The position numbers and the translations under genes are program-made. From NCBI GenBank assembly GCA_008690995.1, contig VRMN01000004.1:496001-560000 (forward strand): DNA of 64,000 nucleotides, read 5' to 3'. This DNA is from Porphyridium purpureum. Taxonomy: Eukaryota. Each line of letters begins with the position of its first letter. The stretch's first letter is position 1. Below, in pieces: positions 41,601 to 53,643 of this stretch. The notes under the pieces were generated by a model. That model saw only the letters and a program-made list of their open reading frames with translations, was not told the DNA's origin and ran no database searches.

Positions 41601-42321
41601 TCTTCTTCTAAACAGGTCTGGTTGGAGTGCCAAGATCTGCGTAGTTGCCTTGGATCTAAACGGGTTGATTTCAACCCGGACAAAATGCAAGTTCGTGCGT
41701 TCTTGGTGCCTGGTCAATGTGGCGGAGTCCCAAATGCCCGTTCAACCCTTCCTTGCGCCCCACATTGATAGGGTCTCCACGTGTGAATGACGTTTTCTCC
41801 TAATAGACAGCTTTGAGATTCAGCAGCACCCGTCTGACCCAGACAGGCACATACCCACGGGCAAGAAAAAAAGAAAGAAAAACACCACGCAAGCTGCCGA
41901 ACCAGGCAGGCGCCTGGAAGAACAAGAATGGCAATCTCCAGTACAGCAAACCGAGCGCATATGGGATCGCCGTGTCCTCCGCCTTTGCGCAAAAATTTCA
42001 CGGCAAGAGCGCTTCCGCCCTGTTTCGAGATGAGAGCTTGGACATGATTCAAGCCACGTGCACAAAGACCTGTGAGCACATTAATCGGCCAAGATATTGA
42101 AGGCTTTTCATTCCGTGAAATAGTCGAGCATGATAAAAGGGGGAAAAACCGTGCTTCGTTGGAATCTTTCTTGAAGAATCACGACACGTGCAATTTGAGA
42201 ATGACTACGCCGCGGTGGGAGAAACGAAAAAGAGGAGCAAGATCTACCGCAACACGAGCCTACCAACTCATGTGCACAGAACCAAGGCAACCGTCCCCGC
42301 CAAGCCTAGGTCCGGAACACC

Positions 42322-43071
42322 CTAGACATGGATGTCCGAAAATCGGAATGCCAGCGTATCGGTCTCCTTCTTGAACGCATGGTCAAACGTCTCGACAAAG
42401 GACTTGTCCATGGTGTCCAGGAAAAGCGCATGCGCGTAAAAGATCGCACTGTATGCGATGCGGAAAGCGTCCTCTTGCTGCCCGAGCAACTCCTCCTGAC
42501 GTGCCGCAACAAACTCGATTTTCTCCTGGTATGCCTTCTTTGCGCTGTCCAGCTTTTCGTGATTGCGGTTAATCTTATCGCCTGACTTCTCATCAGGTCC
42601 GCCTTTCTTCTCTGCCTTGCCCTCGAGACCGTGCACCTTGCCCGCGTACATTTCATAGTCGACGCGAAGGTCCTCCAATTTCTTGTACTCGGCGTCCAAC
42701 TTGGTGATTTCCGCGAGGTACGCGTCCAGGTTGCTCGCTGCCTTGTTGTAGGACTGCGAGTTCAGCTGTGCGTTGGAGGCGTTGCGCTGAGCGTCAGACG
42801 ACTCCTTGGCGACGGTCTTTGCCATCTGCTTGACGCTATCGTCGTCCGGGTAGCTCGAAACCATGCTGGCGAACGTCGTCTCCATCGTTGTGAACACGCC
42901 CTTCCAGTTCTTCTCGGCCTCCTTGACCTGCGCCTGCGTGGGCTTGAGCGCGTCCTTGGTCATCTTGAGCTTACCTGCGCGGTCCAGAATCGTTGCGTCC
43001 TTCTCGACCACATACGAAGCATCGGCCTTGACCGGCACGACCTTGTGCATCACCTTTTTCAGCGCGTGCAT
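42322..43071 (-). CDS. BAR-domain-like helical protein
   Basis: ATG at 43071, strong codon bias; all-helical; LRVDYEMY..KV..L, RNHEKLDSAKKAY. Confidence 0.7.
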   Translation of the reverse strand: MHALKKVMHKVVPVKADASYVVEKDATILDRAGKLKMTKDALKPTQAQVKEAEKNWKGVFTTMETTFASMVSSYPDDDSVKQMAKTVAKESSDAQRNASNAQLNSQSYNKAASNLDAYLAEITKLDAEYKKLEDLRVDYEMYAGKVHGLEGKAEKKGGPDEKSGDKINRNHEKLDSAKKAYQEKIEFVAARQEELLGQQEDAFRIAYSAIFYAHALFLDTMDKSFVETFDHAFKKETDTLAFRFSDIHV

Positions 43072-43910
43072 CTTGACACCTTCTTCTCGCGCTTGGCCCC
43101 TGTCCCCGCGCCGCCCCGCAAATACCCTCACCAACCTCCGCGGCTCAAGCGCAAACGCTCCGTCTTCGCGCGCACGTCCGTGATAGCGCCCGTCCCAGAT
43201 CACCGCCCTCGTCTCTTCCTTCGGCTCACTCTCCCAATCCCGTTCTCCCCTCGTTCCCGCATCGCCTCTTCCCCTCTCTCCATCCGACCTGCCACGCCAC
43301 CACTGCCTTCCAAAAATCACAACTTTTACAAAAGGGGGAAAAAAAAACCCTAACCGAAAAAGCCTTCACGAAAACGGCGCATCCGCTCCAAAATCTGCGT
43401 GAGGGTGGTAATGGCTAATTCTTATTTTTCAGGCACCTTTTACTAGACGAACGCCACAGGAAAACAAACCGCGCCTCGAAGCTCACTCCGGAATAAATAG
43501 AACTGTCTATTGAATCTGTTCATTTCTAGTGAGTCTGTTTGTGCTTGACGGTACAGCTGAACACAAGTGGTTGTTTTTTATTTATTTTTTTAATTCATTG
43601 TTTAAACCATGATGAGTGAAAGAAAAAAAAAAGGGAAAAAAAAAGGAAAAAGGGCACCGCACGGAACTCGACTCGGTGGTGCTCGTGCGGAGTCGAAATC
43701 TCCGACGATTATGGAAGCGCGATTGGAAGCGTGGCAAGTGGGTCCCGTGGGAGACGCGCGAGCATCCTCGTGCATGGAGTTTCTTCCTCGAAGCATGACG
43801 CACTCGACCCGTTTGCCTTTCGACAGGAGGCCTGGGACGTGTGCCACACGGGACAAACAATAGCGGGTATTACTATGCAATGGCGGCGGTGCCGACTCGC
43901 CGTTCACGCT

Positions 43911-45638
43911 TTACTGATCATACTGGTGTGAGTAAAGCGTCGGATCCATCTCGAGAAACTGCTGCTCCATCGCGTCAATCATGTCGTCGTGCTCCGTGCC
44001 CAGATCCATCGTCGGATTCATACGCGAATCCCCAATCAGTGACATTTGCGGCATCTGGCTATCAAGCCGGGCCTCAGACTGATCTTGAGGCTGGTCGGCC
44101 ATTTTTTGCTGCTGTTGCTTGCGCGCAGAAGTATAGTAAAAGCACTGCGAGCCTGGCATGCAAGTGCCCTGGCAGTGAAAGCAAACAAACGCGGGGTCGA
44201 CGAGAATACCCTCCACTTGTTCTGGGGTCATAATCTTGAGTACGCAACGCTCGCAAAAAATCTTGCGGCACTTGTTCAGCGCGAGATTACTGCACGCCGC
44301 ATAACGCCCCTTGGCCACGTGGCCGCATGCGTGGCAAGTCCGAGAACTGATCATCAGCCGGCTGTTTGCAAGCCCCGTGGGTGTAATCTTGCTCGCGGGC
44401 GTCACGCGATTGCGCCTGCGGCCACGCGACTTCTTGATACCTAAGGAAAGATCAGATGCGTGCGACGAAGCTCCAGACGATGCTTCTGACGCCGAACTCT
44501 CCTGCTCCGACAGATCACGACGCATCCAGCGATCTGGTGATACGTCTCGGCTCGACTTACGCGAGTGCGACTGCGAGTGTATCCGTTGCACGAGCGGGTT
44601 CTTTCCGCCAGGCTCACCACGCGGGCTACGGTACGGCACGCCCGACGTGCGCGCGTGCTGTTCAACCAGCATGCGTCTCAGCATGAACGGACTCGTGCTC
44701 GGCACGTTTGCCCCACCTGTCTGCTGCAGCTGCGCTTGCTGCTGCTGTTCCTGAAGCTGCTGAAACTGGCGCAAGTCTTCCTCGCACAGGGGCGCCGAGA
44801 AACCAAGGTTTGACTGGCCCGCGCGTGATGGACCGGGCAGGTTTTCTTGCATGGCCCCAGCCTCCTGTGGCGGTGATCCCGCTTGACCTGCTGTCCGGAA
44901 CCACAAATCGCTATTACTACCGTTTTCACGGAGCGAGCTATTGTTCATGCCGCGGATAGAGCTCATACTGACGCTACGTATTGGCTCCTGCAACAACGGC
45001 GACGGCGGGCCTCGAATGACATGCGAAGATGTGTGCAAAGCATTGTTCCCCGGCGTCTGCCCTCTGTTGTTTTCCGCTGACACGCGCGTGATGGGTGTGG
45101 GCGTATTCCGCACTGGCGTGTGATGCTGTCGAACGCCTGCTTGGTAATGGGCTCCTGGCGACCCAGAAAATTGCGCAGAGGAACCGTCGTCGTCATAAGT
45201 TGGTTGGTCTGCAACCAACGGTTGCAGGTCTCGCATCAGCGCATTCCAGTCCTCCAGGTCGTCGCCGGGCTTGCTCGGCAATTCGTCGTCGGGAACATAC
45301 GCATTCATGCGTGTGGACAATTGGCTCAGTCTAGACGGCTCCTTGGGAGCAGAAGCTTGTGCGCCCCGCAAAGATGGGGAACGCGGCTCATAGTTTCCGT
45401 ACATCGCCGCGTTTACCATGCGACTCTGTACGGATGAGACTGCGGCCGTGCCATTTCCGGCGCCCATGCCGCGCGCACTACCACTACTACTGTTGTCTTG
45501 CGGGGCCCCGCTTGCCGACGCAGCGCCGTCCGCTGATGCATGTGAGTCCTGCTGTAAGCATCCTTTAAGGTCAGTGATCATGTTCATGATCTCCTCCTCA
45601 GAAGGAATATGCAGATCATGGACCGCATATTCGTCCAT
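43911..45638 (-). CDS. zf-4CXXC_R1 (CDCA7-type) zinc-finger nuclear protein
   Basis: Basic NLS KKSRGRRR; CHAC..C..C.KIFCERC..FVCFHCQGTC...C. Confidence 0.75.
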   Translation of the reverse strand: MDEYAVHDLHIPSEEEIMNMITDLKGCLQQDSHASADGAASASGAPQDNSSSGSARGMGAGNGTAAVSSVQSRMVNAAMYGNYEPRSPSLRGAQASAPKEPSRLSQLSTRMNAYVPDDELPSKPGDDLEDWNALMRDLQPLVADQPTYDDDGSSAQFSGSPGAHYQAGVRQHHTPVRNTPTPITRVSAENNRGQTPGNNALHTSSHVIRGPPSPLLQEPIRSVSMSSIRGMNNSSLRENGSNSDLWFRTAGQAGSPPQEAGAMQENLPGPSRAGQSNLGFSAPLCEEDLRQFQQLQEQQQQAQLQQTGGANVPSTSPFMLRRMLVEQHARTSGVPYRSPRGEPGGKNPLVQRIHSQSHSRKSSRDVSPDRWMRRDLSEQESSASEASSGASSHASDLSLGIKKSRGRRRNRVTPASKITPTGLANSRLMISSRTCHACGHVAKGRYAACSNLALNKCRKIFCERCVLKIMTPEQVEGILVDPAFVCFHCQGTCMPGSQCFYYTSARKQQQQKMADQPQDQSEARLDSQMPQMSLIGDSRMNPTMDLGTEHDDMIDAMEQQFLEMDPTLYSHQYDQ

Positions 45639-48600
45639 GACTGCGCCCCGTGACTGGCGCCCGAAGAGTGGGTGGAAAGAAGGCGTGAAGCCTTTGGCAA
45701 ATCACTTTCCCTTGTTCGCCGTTGCGCTCAACCCGAGCCAGAGCTTTCACGGTCGTTCCGAAATTCCGCCGCCCAGAAAGTCTCTCGCCCACAAGTGTGA
45801 ACGCGTGAAGCTCGGCGTGAGGCGCCCTAACCCCACCCCCCGTACGTCTTTCTCCTTTTCACACGACGCAACGCGGAGACCTACATGCGCGTGCTGCCGC
45901 GTGCACAGCTGTCCCGCGCACCGCCCGCTGCGCGGCGTGACGACAACGCCGTCCGCCGCTTACCCGAGCAAGCCCGGCGCGCCGAGGCAAACAACCGGCC
46001 GCGCGCGCCAAGCTAGACACGCACTGCGCTCTTGTGGTGCCCACTCGCTCCTTCCCACCATGCGATTGCGCGCGCTCTTGACCCCCGCGTTCTTCCGCCC
46101 TTCCCTCCGCCCCGGCTCCCCCACAAAGATATCGCCTCAAATCAGTAGTGTCAAGGCGAAATTCAGTTCGCGCGCACGAAGTGTACTCCACATTTCCTAA
46201 CAAAATGGCGCGGTTTTAGTATGACACTTGGAGGAATCAATCACTAAAGGATAAAGTACAGTGGTCAAGAGTAAGCACTGTCCGCTGCGCCTCCGGGAGT
46301 GGTTGTGTCCCATGCGCGCCAGGCACAAACGTCGACAACGACAGTTTTCTGGTCAACCAGGGCGCTTGCACATGAATTCATCGTGTCAAGCGTTGCACAA
46401 CACGTTCACGTTCGTCTAGTCCGTGACTCGCGCGCGTTAGCAGGACTCTGCGCGGCCGCGAAGAGGGACTCGTTACATGTACAAGCTCGCGAGTGCCTCC
46501 CGATTTCTCGTGCACACAGAAGCTGCCGGGTTGGGCAGCCGCAGGGACAGAAAACTCAGCGCCATGTCAAAGCCAGGGGCACATTGACGCTAGCTTCCGG
46601 CTGAAGCTGATTCTGCGCATAGGCCAGACCAGATCGTGCCACAAAAGTGCGAAACAAACATCTGAATCAAGGAAGCGAGAAAGGATATTTAGAAAGCCAG
46701 GACTGACGCCGAAAATCTCGTCAAAATTGGAACGCTGTCTGACTTGGCACGCATGCATTGATAGGCTGACGTCTGCGCAGGCAGTGACGGGACTACGGCT
46801 TGCATGTGATGCGAACACTGCTCGATGTGTGCAGCAGAAGTTACGAGAAGATCGTATCGTCACGCGAAGAAAACCTTTCGCTCATTTTTGAACAGCAGCG
46901 GATCTCACGACTCAAAGTCGCTTGGTCTCACGTTCACAAGGCTTTCTTGATTCAGAAGAAATCCGTCTGCTCTGACGCAAAAGAGACTTTTACATACACA
47001 GGCCACACGCGTCAGAAACGATATGCTGGCGCATGTGGGGAATATAGTTCGCGCCAACCATTTATCGCCGCAGCGGCGGAATACCTTTCATATCTTGGGT
47101 TGGCATGTTCTATCAGCAAAAGGCTTGTCTTGAATCACGTCAGAGGGAATTGGATTGACCCGTCTAAGCAGCATATTATGCTGGACGTGACATTGCCTTC
47201 CGAACTTGCGATTTCTTAGCGCCTCGAACAGGCGGATTTGCTACTCGCAAGCAAGCATCCTTGTTCGCTTCGTTGTGGTGACGCCAAACGCCACCAGACG
47301 CCGCCAGACGAAGCACAAGCTCCATTATCATGGTCAGATCTTTTTCAGAATTTTGTTCGTTCGCATCACAGTGTTTTCATGCGTTCCTCAGATTTCTTTT
47401 CATCGCCCCTGTTCCATCTCGTTTGTCTTTCCGTAATTCCTTCTTGTCCGTTTTTACCTCTTTTCCTGAACGCGTATTTGTTTGATGTCATCAAATGGGA
47501 CAATATAATAGTCGAATGCATCAAGCTTTGTACGCAAGAATCCTTTGCATCTACTCTGATGACATTTGCCTTGGAATCGACTGGATTGGGCCGTACGGTT
47601 TTATTCCATCGACCCTTTCTGCAATGAGCAAGTACGGGTCAATATTTCGAGGCATCCGCAGTCGCGCGCTGCAAGGGAAATATAAAGTTTTCGCAAAGAG
47701 AAGTTCCGTGCGTTGTCTTCCCAGTAGGGGCTCTTCGTTGCCGTGACTTATTGGCGTTCCAATCGAAAACGGTAAATAGTGCGGTTACAAAATCAAAGAA
47801 AGTAATAGCAGGAAAGAGTGTGGAGTGTTTCAGGGCGGCTTTATGTGCTCTTGATCATTGAGTCAAACGGTCACTGCCTCTTCGGCCAGGACCGTCTGTG
47901 CACAACCGTTGCAGGATGAAGGGTATATACCTAGCTCGAATCACAACCTCCGGTCCAGTCCGACAATAGAAAAGAAGGGCAAAAGAGAAGCCCAGTTCAA
48001 ACATTCACAAGGCACCTGCACAAAAGACCAGGGCATCGGAGTGGCGAGGCTCTCTTCACATGGAAATACGTTTCAGGAATGCTAGATTTTGGCACCCTTG
48101 GGTCAAAGACTTCAAAATTCGTGACACACTTCAACCAGAAGCAACGTTCCAGCCTGTGAACAGTGGAGCAAGGTTGATTGTCGATCGTGTCTCGCCACAG
48201 CCACTCTCTGTTTGAATTCGGCTTTATTCACCGCCTTTGTCACTCCATTCCCACCATGCGGCCTACTCTAGTCACACCTGATAGAACCCGGAGAGAATAT
48301 AAGGCGGAAAGTCGGGCGGGTGGGAAAGAATACTCTCACTTATATCGCTCCGGATCGCTCGTAGCTTCAGCCTCTCGAAAGTGCAGGGCAAATGCAATGC
48401 TCACATTTCCGCGGACGATGTAGAGAAGAGGAAGCTAAACGCAGACAAAAGTATACTGGACTTTGATGGTTAGCTCGCAATCGATAGAAGGCCCGGATTG
48501 CATCACAAATAATTGTAAATCGAAGCCAGATGGACTAAAGGTCTGAGGAGATATAACAAAATACACTCGGCGCTTAATTCCGCTAATTTCACTCATATTC

Positions 48601-49543
48601 TATTTAGGCTGAGCTAATCTGTGTTGAGCTGAAACGTGGCCTTAGAAGACCGATCGGCTGGTTTGCTCTCCATTTTTCATTCCTTGTCCGAGTCCTGTTT
48701 GGTTCTAGTGATCATTCATTACTCGTGGTTCTACGCTTTGCTTTATGTGTAGATTGTTTTAGTCACTGGTGTTAATCCGTTTGAGAAAATTCAGAGGGAC
48801 GTGAGCAGGGCTTTGCCAGCTGCTCGATATTCGTGCGTGTGTACTGAATGGTGGCGGCCATTGAAGACGTTCGCGAGATACCAAGTGGCTCGATTTTGGG
48901 GCCCAGCTACCGTCGTACGCTATCATCCCTTGGAACCATGAGAAATGGCCGCATCGGATCGGATGTCGAGAATCTCGAGAGTGAGGGGCCAGTCAAGTGG
49001 TCCCCCCCGGAATCCAGACGGAATCACGACGCTGCATGCTTTTCTGTCGGGATGAATATACAAGGCATGTAGTATAGACAACTTGGATTCGACACGTGCG
49101 CGAGTGCTTGTTCATATTACGGGTCGTTATAGACGCACGGAAACCAAAATCGGCTTACTCGGACTGCCCGTTCTCGTTTGCCTCCCACGGTACTCTTTGA
49201 AGAGCAACAACGAGAATGAAAAACCTTATCGCTACATCCGTTATCATCATCACTGATGCCAGCATCTTGCATTAGCCACGTCGCCACGGTCCTGGACAAC
49301 CCCCATGGTATTCATGCCCGACCTTTCACCAGTATTCCGATCACGCCGTTCCACGCCACAACCTTTTTGCCAACTCTAGTAAGCGAGACGCGCGTGCGTC
49401 ACGGTAAATCCTAAACACGATCACACCGGCGAATTGAGCTGCATCCACAATCCAATCTTCGTGTGACCTACCTAAGCACCTATGAGTTAACAAAGACAAC
49501 GCGAACTGACTTGTTCGCTGAAGTCGTGCGCTGGCACTCTCTC

Positions 49544-51379
49544 TTATGTACCGCCCCCACCACCGCCCCTCTCCTGAAATTGAAGACATACCATGTGCAC
49601 GTCAAACTCTTCCTCTGCGAGCGCTTGCCCACAAACAGAGCACGCACCATCTGTGTTCTTTGACACTTCGGCTCCAGCGGTCAGAAGGGTTGAGCTAAAA
49701 AGCTCGCCATAGATCGTATCCTGGCTTTCTTCGTTGCTCGTTCGCTTCGGATTTGATTCTGAGCCGCTCGAAACATTCCCCTGCGGGAGCGCAACAGTGC
49801 GAAGAAACCTCCCTGTCAGCCGGTCGTCAAGTTCACATGCCGGCAAGCCTCCTGGGCCGGATGATAAGCCGCCAAGACCCGCGCCTTGGGCAGCCTGGTG
49901 TCCCTCTTCCGTCCGCAAAGTATGTACATGGACCGTAGGACTTAAGCCAAGCGGCCGAGGCGCACTTGTACTTGATGACGCAGCCGCCTCTGTCGAATAA
50001 GGACCTGAATACGTGCCATCTTGACTGTTGTCTAGCACTTCAACCTCGCGCCAAGCCTCACCCTCGTTGCGACGTGCCTCTCGTCTATACTGCTGATTAT
50101 GTTCATCTTGATAATGCATTGCTCCTTGCTGAACATGCTGGTGATCCCAGGGTCGATCTTCGGATGGAGATCCACTCGATCCACGACGTTCATTGTCATA
50201 AATGCCGGATGTCAGGGTCTGCGTAAGACCGGCCGCCACCTTGGTGAGTCGCGTCATGTCAGTAACCGCTTTCATAGCCGCAGCAATACTATCCGTGAGC
50301 TCTTGCTGCGCAACATCTTGCCCGCGAGTCGCGCGCAGCTGCATTGCCGCGCGCAAAGCATACGCAGCAGCTTCCTCAGCCGTCGCTGCTTGCATGGATG
50401 CGCTCTCGGCAGACGCGTGCTGCTTGCTCACAAGCGAGCGAAATTGCTCATTCGACAAAAGCGAATCGAAAATTTGATCGAATGCCACCGCGTCCCCGCG
50501 CGAACAGTCCCTTGGTATTGATTTATCGCCCAGCAGCGCGCCCCGCTCGCCCATTTGCTCCAGTAACTCAAGCATGTTGCGTTCTGTTAGTGCCGAGTCT
50601 GCCATTGATTCCTCCCCATCGCTGCGTTGTGATTCAGAAATAAAGTGGTCCTGCCGTTGGGCCGAGCTTTGGTGCGACCGCTCGGCCGAGACAGCTTCTC
50701 GATACTCCTCACCTTTAGCGTTCGACCTCGACGAGCTCGATCGGCCGCTCGAGCTCGTATTTTCATGTTTGTATCCGCCGCCGCGCTTGCGTTGCCAGTT
50801 CCGGTCGCGATCACGGCTTGGTCCTTGCCGATGTTCGCTCGACGACGCAGATGCACCTGCGAAAGGAGGGTACGTATAGTCATGGGGCGCCAAGCTCTCG
50901 TAGCTCGCTCGCGCGGTCGCGGCAGACGAGGACGCGTCTTGTTCGTCCTGCCGCATCTGTCTCTCTGCCTCTATATGACCAACCGTCCGCGCGTCGGGCT
51001 CCTCGTCTGCGTCTTGGCGCAGTGCGCGCTGCGCATCCTGATTGCGGAGAAACTCGACCCGGTCCGCTGCGTTCATTGCCGCTCCTCTTTCAAGATCGTG
51101 ACGCCATGAATCGGCGGCGACGTACCGCTCCTGGCGCCCGACCTGTGCAGACGCGTGTTGATAGTCGTCCACAAACGCTGCGCGCGACATGCCCTCGCGT
51201 CGCGTCTTGCCCAGCGCGGCACTTCCGGAGCCCGTTTCCGTGGTGGTCGTCGCGGTGCTGCTACTATACTGCGTCGGGCTCGCCGCCCGCGCCGAGCCAT
51301 TCCCGGCAGCGGCAGCAACACTAGCCGCCGCCGAAGCAGACGACGCGCCCGCAGCATCCGACATGGCCGCGTTCTCCAT
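49544..51379 (-). CDS. hypothetical, largely disordered protein with C-terminal C2HC (UBZ-like) finger
   Basis: ~611-aa ORF from ATG 51379; CSVCGQALAEEEFDVHMVC near the C-terminus; 3' end uncertain (GTATGT directly after HM). Confidence 0.65.
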   Translation of the reverse strand: MENAAMSDAAGASSASAAASVAAAAGNGSARAASPTQYSSSTATTTTETGSGSAALGKTRREGMSRAAFVDDYQHASAQVGRQERYVAADSWRHDLERGAAMNAADRVEFLRNQDAQRALRQDADEEPDARTVGHIEAERQMRQDEQDASSSAATARASYESLAPHDYTYPPFAGASASSSEHRQGPSRDRDRNWQRKRGGGYKHENTSSSGRSSSSRSNAKGEEYREAVSAERSHQSSAQRQDHFISESQRSDGEESMADSALTERNMLELLEQMGERGALLGDKSIPRDCSRGDAVAFDQIFDSLLSNEQFRSLVSKQHASAESASMQAATAEEAAAYALRAAMQLRATRGQDVAQQELTDSIAAAMKAVTDMTRLTKVAAGLTQTLTSGIYDNERRGSSGSPSEDRPWDHQHVQQGAMHYQDEHNQQYRREARRNEGEAWREVEVLDNSQDGTYSGPYSTEAAASSSTSAPRPLGLSPTVHVHTLRTEEGHQAAQGAGLGGLSSGPGGLPACELDDRLTGRFLRTVALPQGNVSSGSESNPKRTSNEESQDTIYGELFSSTLLTAGAEVSKNTDGACSVCGQALAEEEFDVHMVCLQFQERGGGGGGT

Positions 51380-51702
51380 GCGCTCGGTGTCAGACGCGCG
51401 GGGCCCTTGTCTTCTGCGCGCGCCGGCCGCCACTCGTCGCGGTCACGTACCGCCGCGCGCCGCCCGTCCTGGAGTCTCGTCCTGCATCCCACCGGCGCGC
51501 GCACCGCCTCGTTCCTTACACACCCCCCCACCTTCACCCCCCCACGCCACGTCGCACGTGCCAACCCTCCCTTCCTGTTCTCCACTTCATGCACCCGCAC
51601 CGCATTTTTGCATCAGCGTCGTAACAAGGAAAAGCACGCCAAAAAGCCGCTCCGCACCGCGCCTCCCAACAAGCACCAAAAAAGGCACAGTACACCCCCC
51701 GA

Positions 51703-51772
51703 ACACCCACTGGACACCCACTGGACACCCACTGGACACCCACTGGACACCCACTGGACACCCACTGGACAC
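51703..51772. repeat. perfect 11-bp tandem repeat (ACACCCACTGG)x6.4
   Basis: read directly from the sequence. Confidence 0.95.
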
Positions 51773-52343
51773 TATCTATCCATCCGCAACGAAACACAAA
51801 GAAAAAGATCTACCGCCACGCGCCTCTCGAAGTCTCGAGTCGCGCGTGTGACTGTCACTCACAAAGAGAACGAGCCGTGCTTTGCGCGGCGCGGCTCGTA
51901 TCAAAATCATGCCGCATATGAAGGAGCCACGGTTTTTGTGTGTGCGAGTTGTTCCTGTGCGCGCTGGTGCGTGTCGTGGTGGTGGTGGTGGTGGTGGTGA
52001 TGGTGGCGCTCGTGCTGTGATCCTCCGAACGTCACAAGAACCTGTCGATGTAGATTTTTGAGCGTCTTCCCAACGCACGCACGGGATTCACAAAGGAAAC
52101 GCGGATACGTATGAAAAACCAAGGGCTTCTACGAGCAAATGGGCGTGCTGTAATGCGCTGTGTGCGCGTTTGTGGGGGACGGTCCACAGAAAGCGGCGGT
52201 TTGTTGATAAAGATGATCAGGATGCGTTTGGAATTGGGCGGGTCTTGGTGGGAAGGGAAAGGCATGATGGGAGGAGGTACAGTGATGGTGTAAACATCAT
52301 TGTGCAGCGTTTGTGGGTTGGTGGGGGAGGGAGCGTGGCAGCG

Positions 52344-53531
52344 TTAGACGCGCGTTTCGCGGGAGAAAAAAGTGCTCATCCATGCGCCGTTCGCGCGGTA
52401 CGTGCGGCTGACGCGGTACCGCTCGTTCGCGGTGCGGAACCAGCACAGCTCGAACAGCAGCGGCGCGGTGGACGGAATGGAAAAGGCTGCAGGCTGCAAC
52501 GACGTCACGCCCGACTCGCCAAGCAGCACCATGCTCAGCGTGCTGCGGTCAAATGTGGCCGTCAGCGCGTTGCTCGCACTCACCGTGCCAACGGTCTCGA
52601 ATGACGCAGGCGTGTCAGACCGCACGCGTATGGTCTGGCTCGCAGCGTCAAAGTCAAACTGCATCGTGTACTCGCTGACCACCGGGGGAGCGCCTGCGGG
52701 AGCCTCAGACGTGAACGTCTCGCTTCGGCCTCGCCACGTGCCCTCTAGGGCTGCAAAGTACTCACTCAGTGACCTGAAAGCCACGGTCTGAGTGCTCGCT
52801 ACGTCGTTCACATCGGCGTTGGCTACGTCCGGCGACACCACGCTTGACTGAGGCACACGCATACGTTCGGCTTTCATGTCCTCTTCCTTGGCCGGATCGC
52901 TCCGCTTCTCACGGAAAACAGACAGCCCGCTTAACTTGAAACCACCGCTTCCACAAAATTCGTAAAAGATCACACCTCGCACTCTCGCTTCGACCGGCAC
53001 GCTCGCACCGTTTTGATCCACGGTGCACGCGTTCATTCCTTGCTCGAGAACGGGCGGTGCCATAGAAGATAGCTGCAAGGTCCCGTTTGAGTACGCACCC
53101 AGATCGGAGCAAAACGTACCGCTCAGGCGCATATTCTGCAGCATAGATTTTGTTCGGTACTCCAGCGCGTCACGTTGTCCACCGGCCGGTCTTCGCAGGG
53201 CAATGCTGATACCCACGGGATCCACGTCGTCGTTACTTGTAGAGCCGCTGCTGAACGGGTACTCTGCCTCAAGGAACAAAATGGTCGGCTGCCGACTGAC
53301 AAACTGTCCGTCGGGCGTGTAACGAGCCAGGCTGCCTTCCCACCGACCTGCGGACCGACCCATCCTGCGCGCATCGCTCATGCTCATGCAGACCACGGGC
53401 GACGACAGTCGAAACCCGCGACAGAGATCAGGCGAATGAGCGCCCCGGCCATCCCATCGCGTCCGCTGTATCTGCCGAGACGCACCCGCGCCCCATGCGC
53501 CTACTCCAGGAAGACCACAAGCAAAAGCCAT
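52344..53531 (-). CDS. plastid-targeted DUF3598/BFA1-like double beta-barrel protein
   Basis: MAF transit peptide; GRWEG and LEGTWRG barrel starts; C-terminal FELCW...RYRVSRTY..NG.W.S...RE. Confidence 0.75.
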   Translation of the reverse strand: MAFACGLPGVGAWGAGASRQIQRTRWDGRGAHSPDLCRGFRLSSPVVCMSMSDARRMGRSAGRWEGSLARYTPDGQFVSRQPTILFLEAEYPFSSGSTSNDDVDPVGISIALRRPAGGQRDALEYRTKSMLQNMRLSGTFCSDLGAYSNGTLQLSSMAPPVLEQGMNACTVDQNGASVPVEARVRGVIFYEFCGSGGFKLSGLSVFREKRSDPAKEEDMKAERMRVPQSSVVSPDVANADVNDVASTQTVAFRSLSEYFAALEGTWRGRSETFTSEAPAGAPPVVSEYTMQFDFDAASQTIRVRSDTPASFETVGTVSASNALTATFDRSTLSMVLLGESGVTSLQPAAFSIPSTAPLLFELCWFRTANERYRVSRTYRANGAWMSTFFSRETRV

Positions 53532-53643
53532 TCTCGACTCCCGCCAAAAACGCCCAGATCGGTCAAAGGATTCTACGAGTAAAGATCAACGTTTCGATTT
53601 TCTTTGAAAAACGTGTTCCATCGAACGATTACCAAAGCTACAA

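Noticed and set aside
47700..49300. Possible integrase or other TE fragments
   Set aside because: Only scattered weak resemblances, with no ordered motif series
49480..49591. GTATGT...TTAAC...TAG intron at the end of the UBZ-like gene
   Set aside because: Splice signals are plausible, but splicing gives HMVLR* and loses the last Cys; cannot be decided without cDNA
51703..51772. CRISPR-like array
   Set aside because: Contiguous 11-bp tandem units with no spacers and no cas genes; eukaryotic context
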